32,000 nucleotides of DNA, from contig NZ_RSDW01000001.1 in assembly GCF_003945235.1 (NCBI RefSeq), positions 1,170,001 to 1,202,000 on the forward strand, given 5' to 3'. Source of the stretch: Edaphobacter aggregans. Its GTDB lineage: Bacteria; Acidobacteriota; Terriglobia; Terriglobales; Acidobacteriaceae. Below are positions 1-7,993 of the stretch, piece by piece (positions within the stretch are counted from its first letter, which is position 1; every line of letters begins with the position of its first letter). Under the pieces are notes generated by a model. It was not told where the DNA came from, ran no database searches, and was given only the letters and a program-made list of their open reading frames with translations. A program made the position numbers and the translations under genes.

Positions 1-1
1 C

Positions 2-1582
2 GCCATCGCGGGGATCGGCAAAGGCATGGCCGCTAATATCGTTGCCATCGTCAACACCGGCACTCTGCCCCTGCGCGAAGAGCTTCTGCAGAAGTACAAG
101 CCCACCATGCTTGAATTGCTGCGCCTGCCCGGCATGGGTCCTAAGACAGTGGCGTTGCTTTGGTCCGCACTCGAAGTCGCCGATATCGATGCGCTCGAAG
201 CCGCAGCTAAGGCTGGCGACCTTAACAAGCTCCCCCGCATGGGCGAGAAGTTCACCACCAAGCTGATCAAGGGCATCGAGGACTACCGCCGTAACTCCAG
301 CCGCTTTCGTATCGATCAAGCTCGCGAACAGGCCGAGCGCATCTCCGCTCTCATCCGCGAGTTCCCCGGCATCGACGAGATCACTCCCGCCGGCTCTCTC
401 CGCCGTGGCCGGGAGACCGTCGGCGACCTCGACCTCCTTGTCACCGGCCCCGCCTGCGAGGCCGACGTAGTCTCCGCCGCAGTCGATCACGTCGCCGCGC
501 TGCCGTTGATCGACAAGCTCCTCGCCAAGGGTCAGAACAAGGTCTCCTTCACCCTTCGCAGCAATTTGCAGGTCGACGTCCGGCTGCTTCCCCGTGCAAG
601 CTACGGAGCCGCGCTGCAGTACTTCACCGGCTCCAAGATGCACAACGTTGCCCTGCGCCAGAGAGCCATCAAACGCGGACTCACGCTGAACGAATACGCT
701 CTAGCCCGGCTCGAAGACAACACGATCGTTGCCGCCGCCACCGAAGAAGCGATCTATCGCGCCCTTGACCTCGACTACATCCCACCCGAGCTGCGCGAAA
801 ACTCCGGCGAACTCGAAGCCGCCGCCACCCACGCGCTTCCGCAGCTCATCACCCTCACCGACATTCACGGCGACCTGCACATGCACACGACCGAGACCGA
901 CGGCGCCAACACCATCCGCGAGATGGCCGAGGCCGCTCTTGCCCGTGGCTTGAAATACATCGCCATCACCGACCACAGCAAAAATCTCGCCATGACCAAC
1001 GGCATGGACGACAAGCGCGCCCTCGCTCACATCAAGCGCATCCGCGAGGTCGACGCTCAAATGCAAGGGCGCATCCGCGTTCTTCCCGGCATCGAGGTCG
1101 ACATTCTCGCTGAAGGCCAGCTCGACCTCGACGACTCCACCCTCGCCCAGATGGACGTCGTCGTCGCCAGCGTCCACAGCCGCTTCGACCAGCCCATCGA
1201 CCAGATGACCGACCGCATCCTCTGCGCGCTCGAAAATCCGCACACAAGAATCCTCGGCCACCCCACCGGCCGCAAGGTGCTGAAGCGCGACCCCTACGCC
1301 CTCCACCTCGACAAAATTCTCAAGCGTGCCGCCGAGCTGGGAGTAGCCGTAGAACACAACGCCAGCCCAGCCCGAGCCGACCTCAACGATCTCCACCTGC
1401 GACTGGCCAAACAACATGGCTGCAAAATCACCATCAACACCGACGCACATAGCACAGACGAGCTAGACCAGATCCGCTACGGCATCACCCAACTCCGCCG
1501 CGCTTGGCTGACCCCCGCCGACCTCATCAACACGCAGCCCACCGCCGAAGCCCTGCTAACTCAACTCCGCTCCAAACCGTGA
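2..1582 (+). CDS. polX: Family X DNA polymerase with C-terminal PHP phosphoesterase domain (PolX); 5' end cut by the window edge
   Basis: ORF 26..1582 stays open upstream to nt 2 (IAGIGKG precedes the first Met). HhH motif LPGMGPKTV; pol-beta-type nucleotidyltransferase motif GSLRRGRETVGDLDLLV; PHP motifs GDLHMHTTETDG and ITDHS. Confidence 0.9.
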   Translation, partial: AIAGIGKGMAANIVAIVNTGTLPLREELLQKYKPTMLELLRLPGMGPKTVALLWSALEVADIDALEAAAKAGDLNKLPRMGEKFTTKLIKGIEDYRRNSSRFRIDQAREQAERISALIREFPGIDEITPAGSLRRGRETVGDLDLLVTGPACEADVVSAAVDHVAALPLIDKLLAKGQNKVSFTLRSNLQVDVRLLPRASYGAALQYFTGSKMHNVALRQRAIKRGLTLNEYALARLEDNTIVAAATEEAIYRALDLDYIPPELRENSGELEAAATHALPQLITLTDIHGDLHMHTTETDGANTIREMAEAALARGLKYIAITDHSKNLAMTNGMDDKRALAHIKRIREVDAQMQGRIRVLPGIEVDILAEGQLDLDDSTLAQMDVVVASVHSRFDQPIDQMTDRILCALENPHTRILGHPTGRKVLKRDPYALHLDKILKRAAELGVAVEHNASPARADLNDLHLRLAKQHGCKITINTDAHSTDELDQIRYGITQLRRAWLTPADLINTQPTAEALLTQLRSKP

Positions 1583-1713
1583 ATGCCCGCGGCAATGGTC
1601 TTCAACCCGTGCTTCCAGTTCACATCGGCAAGTAGCTTTATCCAAAGCGCTCCAGTGGCGATATACGAACAACACCAGCATCTCATCGATGCAAACGCGA
1701 TATCCTAATAAAC

Positions 1714-2673
1714 GTGGCTCACTCCGCGACAACCGATCACGTCCTGGCTCAAGCGAAAGCCACGCCCACGCTGCTGGCCGACTACGCAACCCTCTTCAAG
1801 CTCCGTGTCTCCACCATGGTCATCATCACTGCGGGAGCAGGCTTTTACCTCGGCTCACTGCGCAGCGGCATCAGCCCGTTCCATGCCGGCTTGATACAGG
1901 CTCTCGCCGGGATCGCCGTCGTCACCTGCGGCTCCAGCGCTCTGAATCAAGCCCTCGAGCGCCGCACCGACGCCCACATGCGCCGCACCTCCAACCGTCC
2001 CATGGCAGCGGGCCGTATCTCGCTTGCCCACGGCCTTCTGCTCGGATTCGCAGCTATCTTCCTTGGCTCTCTCTACCTCGCCTACACGACGAACCTTCTG
2101 ACCGGAACCCTGACGCTTCTCACGGCTATCGGCTACGTCGGCATTTACACTCCGCTGAAGCGCATCACCCCTATCAACACCTTCATCGGAGCCTTCCCCG
2201 GCGCGCTTCCTCCGCTCATCGGCTGGACCGCCGCCCGCGGCGTGATCGAGTGGCCCGCCGTCGCGCTCTTCGCCATTCTCTTCGTCTGGCAGTTTCCGCA
2301 CTTCATGGCCATCGGCTGGCTCTACCGCGACGACTACGCCGCCGCCGGCATCCGCCTCACCCCTACCCAGACTGACCCACAGGATGCCGCACGCTCCACT
2401 GTCATCCAATCGCTCTTCTACGCCGTCCTGATGATTCCCGTCAGCCTCTGGCCCACATGGCTCGGCACGACCGGCAACTTCTACGCCGTCGCGGCCACGA
2501 TCCTCAGCGCCGGATACCTCTGGTACACCATTCGCTTCGCCCGGATCGTCCGCGCGCCGCTGGCACCCGACGCCCGCACCTATGCGCGTGACCTGCTCAA
2601 AGCCTCCGTCATCTATCTTCCCCTCCTCATGGCCGCCATGATGCTCGACGCGAAAGGACGCCTCCTCTTCTAA
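1714..2673 (+). CDS. ctaB: Protoheme IX farnesyltransferase (heme O synthase), UbiA prenyltransferase family
   Basis: GTG start. Polytopic membrane protein with the UbiA-type Asp-rich motif NQALERRTDAHMRRTSNRPMAAG and the typical N-terminal LFKLRVS segment. No clear SD, so the start is uncertain. Confidence 0.9.
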   Translation: MAHSATTDHVLAQAKATPTLLADYATLFKLRVSTMVIITAGAGFYLGSLRSGISPFHAGLIQALAGIAVVTCGSSALNQALERRTDAHMRRTSNRPMAAGRISLAHGLLLGFAAIFLGSLYLAYTTNLLTGTLTLLTAIGYVGIYTPLKRITPINTFIGAFPGALPPLIGWTAARGVIEWPAVALFAILFVWQFPHFMAIGWLYRDDYAAAGIRLTPTQTDPQDAARSTVIQSLFYAVLMIPVSLWPTWLGTTGNFYAVAATILSAGYLWYTIRFARIVRAPLAPDARTYARDLLKASVIYLPLLMAAMMLDAKGRLLF

Positions 2674-3239
2674 TGCCCGGTACTACCTCAGCCAGCTCCC
2701 TGCCAAACAATCAGCTTCGTACGCCGCCCGCAATCATCGCCGCTATCATCGCGGTCAGCGCAGTTGCCAGCGCTTTCATCTGCTGGCTTGTCTACTTCCA
2801 CGCTCCAACTGATGTCGCGGGAACCCAACTTCGCTCGCTTCCTCTCGTCAACGCAATTCTTAACGCGCTTGCAACCATCGCGCTGCTCTTCGGCTATCGC
2901 TTCATCCTCGCCCGCCGTATCCCTCAGCACCGCGCCGCGATGTTCGCCGCCTTCTTCTTCTCGTCGATCTTCCTCGTCTCTTACCTCGTCAACTTCAATC
3001 TCCACGGCGAAACGCACTTCAACCGGCTCAGCCCCTGGTGGCCTTTCTACTGGAAGCTCCTCGCATCGCACATTGTTCTTTCGGTGCTGGCGCTTCCGCT
3101 GATCCTCATCACGTTTTTCCTCTCGCTCACTGGCCGCTTTCCTATCCATAAAAAAGTGGCACGCTACACCTTCCCTATCTGGCTCTACGTCTCCATCACC
3201 GGAGTCATCATCTACTGGATGCAGTCCGCAATCCACTAA
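2673..3239 (+). CDS. DUF420 family membrane protein (CtaM-like, associated with cytochrome oxidase assembly)
   Basis: Four predicted TM helices with conserved His residues in the DUF420 pattern. Its ATG overlaps the ctaB stop (TAATG at 2671-2675), implying translational coupling. Confidence 0.8.
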   Translation: MPGTTSASSLPNNQLRTPPAIIAAIIAVSAVASAFICWLVYFHAPTDVAGTQLRSLPLVNAILNALATIALLFGYRFILARRIPQHRAAMFAAFFFSSIFLVSYLVNFNLHGETHFNRLSPWWPFYWKLLASHIVLSVLALPLILITFFLSLTGRFPIHKKVARYTFPIWLYVSITGVIIYWMQSAIH

Positions 3240-3288
3240 CTCGGCAATCACATTCGTTCGCTATTCCTTAATCCAGTTCCCTGCCCTT

Positions 3289-3513
3289 ATGCAGCCAGAT
3301 ACAAAAAAACTCCTCACCACCGGCCTCTGGATCTTCGGCACTGGAGTCCTTGCCGCTCTGCTCGCCTTCACTGTCTTCGGCGGAATAGGCCGCCAGGGTC
3401 CGCACACCAACTCTGGCTGGCTGGCGCTCGTCCTCGCGCTGGGATGCCTCCCCACTGGCTTCCTGACTCTGGTCCTCGCCGCTATGAAGCTCTTCGCCGA
3501 CCGACGACGCTAA
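3289..3513 (+). CDS. Small two-TM membrane protein, function unknown
   Basis: 74 aa with two hydrophobic helices and a basic C-terminus (DRRR). Third-position C bias matches neighbouring genes. No SD seen. Confidence 0.55.
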   Translation: MQPDTKKLLTTGLWIFGTGVLAALLAFTVFGGIGRQGPHTNSGWLALVLALGCLPTGFLTLVLAAMKLFADRRR

Positions 3514-3549
3514 CTCTCTGCTATCCTTTGCGTTACCCGGAGGGACCGC

Positions 3550-4920
3550 TTGCGCCGATTCGTCATCCAGTTCACTTTGCTCCTTAGTTCTGCTGCCTTC
3601 GCACAAACTCCTCAGGTCCCGCTGCAGCTCTCTCCGCAATCTGCTTACGAACAAGCGACTCGCCCGCTAGAGATCACTCGCCGGTCTATTCAGAATTGGT
3701 CCGACTCAGAAACCGCCGCTCTCAGCGTCGCCATCCAGCAAGCAAAGGACGCGTGCTCTGCACGTACCGCAAATCAATTCTCCGGCGAGGATCTCATCGC
3801 TTACGCTCGGCTCTGTTCGCTCGGGCTGCAATGGCCAACCGTGCAGGAAGCAGCGACCCTCTATCTCGACGCTACGCACAGAACAGGTCCAGAGGCCAAG
3901 CCCGCTGACGCCTTTCCCGGTCTTACGCAGGCCTATGGCTACATGATCGACTCCAGCCTGCACCTCAACGATCCTGCAGCCGCGCTTGTGGCGTCCTTCG
4001 AAATGCTCAAGACCGTTCCTTACACGGACCTCACCTCTCAATCGACAAATGAGACCATCCGTTACCTCCAACTCATACAGACTCCCGATGCGCTCAGCCT
4101 CCTCGCAAAGCGTCAGGCTGTCCTTCTCCCTTTACTCCGCTCAGCTGCAATCGCCAATCCCACGTCATCTCAACACCAGCTTTCGCTGCATGATCTCTAC
4201 GCCGACGGCATCGAACTCGCCTCTCTCCAGCAGTTTGCCAACCAACCCGACGCCGCTGCAGCCACCATCGCTGAGCTCGAGGCTGCACTTCCGCCGAATC
4301 TCTCAACCGACGAGTCCATCCTGATCGCTGAATCCCGCCGTCAGTACGCGCTTCTGGGTACGCCCCTGCCGAACATCGCTTCTTCTGCTTATCTTCTTCG
4401 CGAGCCGGTCAATCATCCGCCCCACATTGAGACCTACTTCAGCGCAGCCACGGCGCTTCTCCTCTTTCCCGATTGGTGCGCGCAATGCATCCGTATGGGG
4501 CCGCAGCTCATGGGCGCACTCTCTCGCATTACGCAGTTCGATGGCCATTTCTTCGCTCTTCTCGCCCAGGCAACTCCATTTCCAACGCCAACGCCCATAC
4601 CTGCCAGAACCAAGCCCGCCTCGGCCAAAGCAGCCCGTTTCCTCCCTTCGTCCGCTGCTCCAGATGCGGCCCTCGATCAAGCCCAATCTCTGCCCAAAAC
4701 TCCCGCCGAACTCCTGCGCGGCACCCCAACCCTTGTCGTTTCCAACGATATCCTCACCCGCTTCGCTGCTAATGACTTCCCCGTCCTGATCGTCACCGAC
4801 CACAATGGGATCATTCGATTTCTCCAAACTGCCCCGGAAAACGTCCTCGTCTCCGGTGGCCTCGCCGATCAGGTCGTCGCTCGCGTCATCGAACAGTGGC
4901 CAGCGCCCCCCGCCAAATAG
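3550..4920 (+). CDS. Secreted protein with unrecognised ~290-aa N-terminal domain and C-terminal thioredoxin-fold (TlpA/redoxin-like) domain, active site WCAQC
   Basis: TTG start 4 nt after GGAGGGA (3539-3545). Signal peptide MRRFVIQFTLLLSSAAFAQ. C-terminal LLLFPDWCAQC plus a cis-Pro-like FPVLIVTDHNGII segment typical of TlpA/redoxin proteins. A Pro-rich insert splits the fold. Confidence 0.7.
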   Translation: MRRFVIQFTLLLSSAAFAQTPQVPLQLSPQSAYEQATRPLEITRRSIQNWSDSETAALSVAIQQAKDACSARTANQFSGEDLIAYARLCSLGLQWPTVQEAATLYLDATHRTGPEAKPADAFPGLTQAYGYMIDSSLHLNDPAAALVASFEMLKTVPYTDLTSQSTNETIRYLQLIQTPDALSLLAKRQAVLLPLLRSAAIANPTSSQHQLSLHDLYADGIELASLQQFANQPDAAAATIAELEAALPPNLSTDESILIAESRRQYALLGTPLPNIASSAYLLREPVNHPPHIETYFSAATALLLFPDWCAQCIRMGPQLMGALSRITQFDGHFFALLAQATPFPTPTPIPARTKPASAKAARFLPSSAAPDAALDQAQSLPKTPAELLRGTPTLVVSNDILTRFAANDFPVLIVTDHNGIIRFLQTAPENVLVSGGLADQVVARVIEQWPAPPAK

Positions 4921-4990
4921 ACCCACATCCCCACAGGCCTCTCTCTGCTATCCTCAACCTTCATAATCTGCAACAAACCGGAGTATCTCG

Positions 4991-5458
4991 ATGGCAAAAG
5001 GCGTCAATAAAGTTCTTCTCCTGGGCAACGTAGGCAAAGACCCCGAAATCCGTTCCACCGCCGGCGGCACCATAGTCGCCAGCTTCTCGCTCGCTACGGC
5101 CGATCGTCAGAAAGACCAGCAAGGTAACTGGCAGGACAAGACCGAGTGGCACAATCTCGTAGCCTTCAGCCGCACCGCCGAGATCGTCCGCGACTACGTC
5201 AAGAAGGGCACCCAGCTCTACATCGAAGGCAAGATCCAAACCCGCTCCTGGGACGACAAAGAGTCCGGCCAGAAGAAATACAAGACTGAGATCCTCGTCA
5301 ACGAGCTCACCCTCCTCGGCGGAGCTCCCGGCGGACGCAGCGAAGGCGGCAGCGGCGGCTACTCCAAGTCCAGCACTGCCAGCTTCGACCAGCGCACCCC
5401 GTCCAGCCAGCCCGACTACGCCGACCAGGGCATCACCGACGACGACATCCCGTTTTAG
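4991..5458 (+). CDS. ssb: Single-stranded DNA-binding protein
   Basis: OB-fold N-terminus (VNKVLLLGNVGKDPEIR..TEWHNLVAF), Gly-rich linker and canonical acidic tail DDDIPF. GGAG lies 8 nt upstream of the ATG. Confidence 0.95.
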   Translation: MAKGVNKVLLLGNVGKDPEIRSTAGGTIVASFSLATADRQKDQQGNWQDKTEWHNLVAFSRTAEIVRDYVKKGTQLYIEGKIQTRSWDDKESGQKKYKTEILVNELTLLGGAPGGRSEGGSGGYSKSSTASFDQRTPSSQPDYADQGITDDDIPF

Positions 5459-5493
5459 TTTGTAAGAAAACCCGACGAACGATTTCAAAGCGT

Positions 5494-5530
5494 CTGCCAC
5501 CATCGGCTTTATCGCAATGGTGGCAGTTTT
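5494..5530 (+). terminator. Rho-independent terminator downstream of ssb
   Basis: Perfect 10-bp stem CTGCCACCAT (5494-5503) / ATGGTGGCAG (5517-5526), a 13-nt loop, then TTTT (5527-5530). Confidence 0.75.
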
Positions 5531-5618
5531 ACGTCTCCATAGAATAGTGCAAACGTCTTACGGCATCGTGACCCGTCGCTGACAAGTCCCTCCCACATAC
5601 TCACTACTCTCCAATCAA

Positions 5619-5642
5619 GCCGGACAAGATCGCCTGTCCGGC
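5619..5642 (+). promoter_or_regulatory. GC-rich stem-loop in the 5' region of the TIGR03118 gene (role unknown)
   Basis: Perfect 8-bp stem GCCGGACA (5619-5626) / TGTCCGGC (5635-5642) with an 8-nt loop and no T-tract, about 43 nt upstream of the ATG at 5685. Confidence 0.3.
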
Positions 5643-5684
5643 GAGACCTCTGCGCATCCAGCAGACAGAGAAATGTGAGGAACA

Positions 5685-7448
5685 ATGCAAAGCTATCGTC
5701 ACAGGGAATCATCAGGCGTCAGGGCCACGTGCAACAGATTTTTAGCCCTCTGCCTCGCGCTCACGGCTTCATCGGGTCATGCATTCGCACAAGCAGCTGG
5801 GACCTATCAAATTACCAATCTCATCTCCGACGGCTCCGTACCGGCCATCACGACTGATCCCAACTTCGTCAACCCCTGGGGCATCTCCATTGGCACTGAC
5901 TTCTGGATCAACACTGCCGCCACAGGCTTCGATTACGTCGCTCTGACGAACGGCACCATCCCTTTCAAGGTCGTCGTTCCAGCCGCATCTGGGGGCACCA
6001 CCACGACCGGCACACCCACCGGCACTGTTTTTGTTGGCTCCGCAAACGGTTTTAACCAGCCTGACGGATCGAAGGCAGTCTTCCTCTTCTCCTCACTCGA
6101 CGGCACAATATCGGCCTGGAACCCGGCTCTGGGCACCGCGAACAGTGTTGCCCAGATTACAGTCAACAACAGCGCCGCCGGGGCCGTCTACACAGACATG
6201 GCGCTGATGACCAACGCCAACGGCACCTTCATTCTCGCCTCCAACTTCGGTCCCAAGCCCAGCATCGACGTCTTCGACAGCAACTATCAAGCTGCCAAAC
6301 TCCCCGGAACCTTCACCGACCCTAACCTTCCCGCAGGTTACGCACCCTTCGCTGTCCACACAATCGGCACGCAGGTGTTCGTTACTTACGCGATGCAAAG
6401 CGTCACCACAACCTCCGTACCGACTCCGACGTCACCAACGGGCTATATCGTGCCGCAAAGCGCCTCGGCGAATCCGCGTTCTGTCCAGCAGGTCCCCGGC
6501 CCCGGTAATGGTATCGTCAGCGTCTTCGATACCAACGGCAACTTTGTGGCCCGCGCCATCACCGGCGGCAACCTTAATGCTCCATGGGGAATGGCACTCG
6601 CCCCGTCCACCTTCGGCATCTACGGCGGCGACCTGCTTGTAGGCAACTTCGGCGACGGCATCATCAACGTCTACGACCCCAAGAGCTTCGCCTATCTGGG
6701 GCAGATTACCGACACCAACGGCAAATCTGTCATCTATCCCTCCCTCTGGGAGATCACCTTCGGCACCGCCAATTACGGCGACGTCAACTCTCTCTACTTC
6801 ACCGCTGGCCTTTCGAGCGAATCCCACGGACTCTTCGGCGTCATCTCCAACAACCCAACCCCAACCGGCACGCCGACCTTCGGAGTTAGCGCTTCCAACT
6901 CCGTCTCCACCATTGCAGCCGGATCCTCCAGCCAGATGGTCGTCAGCGTGGCACCCACCAACAACTTCAGCGGGACCGTCACTCTCGCCTGCAGCGGTCT
7001 GCCTGCGGGTGCAACCTGCAACTTCTCGCCCAGCCAACTCTCAGTCTCTCCTATGTCCAGCGCCCTCAGCACCGTCACCATTCAGACGTCAAAGAGCGGC
7101 GCAATGCTGACTCCACCTTTTGGAATGTCGGCATCCCATGCAGCAGCAATCTCCGCAGCCCTGTTGCTTCCGTTCGGCTCGCTCATGCTCTTCACCAATC
7201 GCCGGCGGTCCGAAAAGCAGAAGCAGCTCTTTCTTCTAAGCCTCTCAGCCTTCGTTCTCCTGTCGGTGGGGGTCATCGCCGGCTGTTCGAACTACATGGC
7301 ACCCGCGAGCGCCGCAATGACCCCTGCTCCAACGGCACCCACGACACCAACGACTCCCGGCACACCCACCGGTCAGTCCCAGGTCACAATCACCGCGACT
7401 GCCGGCTCTATCACGCAGAGCACCGTCGTCGGGCTCACTGTTCAATAA
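5685..7448 (+). CDS. TIGR03118-family secreted beta-propeller-like protein with C-terminal Ig-like domain interrupted by a membrane hairpin
   Basis: GAGGAA SD and a signal peptide ending AFAQA. N-terminal signature YQITNLISDG..DPNFVNPWGIS typical of TIGR03118. C-terminal TLACSGLPAGATCNFSP Ig-like motif, then a TM helix + RRR, a second TM ending VIAGCS, and a P/T linker. Confidence 0.85.
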   Translation: MQSYRHRESSGVRATCNRFLALCLALTASSGHAFAQAAGTYQITNLISDGSVPAITTDPNFVNPWGISIGTDFWINTAATGFDYVALTNGTIPFKVVVPAASGGTTTTGTPTGTVFVGSANGFNQPDGSKAVFLFSSLDGTISAWNPALGTANSVAQITVNNSAAGAVYTDMALMTNANGTFILASNFGPKPSIDVFDSNYQAAKLPGTFTDPNLPAGYAPFAVHTIGTQVFVTYAMQSVTTTSVPTPTSPTGYIVPQSASANPRSVQQVPGPGNGIVSVFDTNGNFVARAITGGNLNAPWGMALAPSTFGIYGGDLLVGNFGDGIINVYDPKSFAYLGQITDTNGKSVIYPSLWEITFGTANYGDVNSLYFTAGLSSESHGLFGVISNNPTPTGTPTFGVSASNSVSTIAAGSSSQMVVSVAPTNNFSGTVTLACSGLPAGATCNFSPSQLSVSPMSSALSTVTIQTSKSGAMLTPPFGMSASHAAAISAALLLPFGSLMLFTNRRRSEKQKQLFLLSLSAFVLLSVGVIAGCSNYMAPASAAMTPAPTAPTTPTTPGTPTGQSQVTITATAGSITQSTVVGLTVQ

Positions 7449-7467
7449 AGCGTTCCTCAACTCATCG

Positions 7468-7495
7468 GGCCGTCCTTCATTGGGCGGCCTTTTTT
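7468..7495 (+). terminator. Rho-independent terminator downstream of the TIGR03118 gene
   Basis: 8-bp stem GGCCGTCC (7468-7475) / GGGCGGCC (7482-7489) with one G-U pair, a 6-nt loop, then T6 (7490-7495). Confidence 0.75.
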
Positions 7496-7565
7496 CTGCC
7501 GAACGCAGAAGTTCTGAGAAGAGTGTCCCTCGCGCACTCTCCAACTGCTGCCTTACACTAGCCAT

Positions 7566-7907
7566 ATGCTCGACGAATCCGCCTTCCGCCGCCACTCCGA
7601 CGACGCCCTCGAATCCCTTAAGCAGTCCCTCATCGCCGCCGAAGACGACGCTGACGGCGCCTTCGAGTTCGAGGATAACAACGGCGTCATGAACATCATC
7701 TTCGGAGACGGCTCCAGCAAGTTCGTCGTCACGCCCAACACTCCTATCCGCCAGATCTGGATCTCCGCCCTCGCTACCAGCTACAAGCTCGACTGGTCCG
7801 AAGACGCCAGCGTCTTTGCCCTACCCAAAACCGGCGAAGACCTCAAGACCCTCATCCAGCGGCTGCTCCGCGAACACCTCAACGACTCCACCATCACCCT
7901 GACGTAG
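7566..7907 (+). CDS. cyaY: Iron donor protein CyaY (bacterial frataxin)
   Basis: 113 aa, alignable by eye to E. coli CyaY: acidic helix 1, GVMNIIFGDGSSKFVV, IRQIWISA and a C-terminal helix. Confidence 0.85.
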   Translation: MLDESAFRRHSDDALESLKQSLIAAEDDADGAFEFEDNNGVMNIIFGDGSSKFVVTPNTPIRQIWISALATSYKLDWSEDASVFALPKTGEDLKTLIQRLLREHLNDSTITLT

Positions 7908-7941
7908 TAAACCTACAACATTCGTAGGAGCACGCAACCAC

Positions 7942-7969
7942 TTGCAAACACGCGGCTTGCTGCTACACT
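7942..7969 (+). promoter_or_regulatory. Candidate sigma-70-type promoter for the GT2 gene
   Basis: TTGCAA (7942-7947), a 16-nt spacer, then TACACT (7964-7969). Sequence match only. Confidence 0.3.
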
Positions 7970-7993
7970 ACCCAACACTTAGAGGGAACACCG

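Noticed and set aside
7290-7380. Apparent tandem repeat (ACn/CCn-rich) at the nucleotide level
   Set aside because: It is the coding sequence of a Pro/Thr-rich linker (TPAPTAPTTPTTPGTPTG) within the TIGR03118 gene, not an independent DNA repeat.
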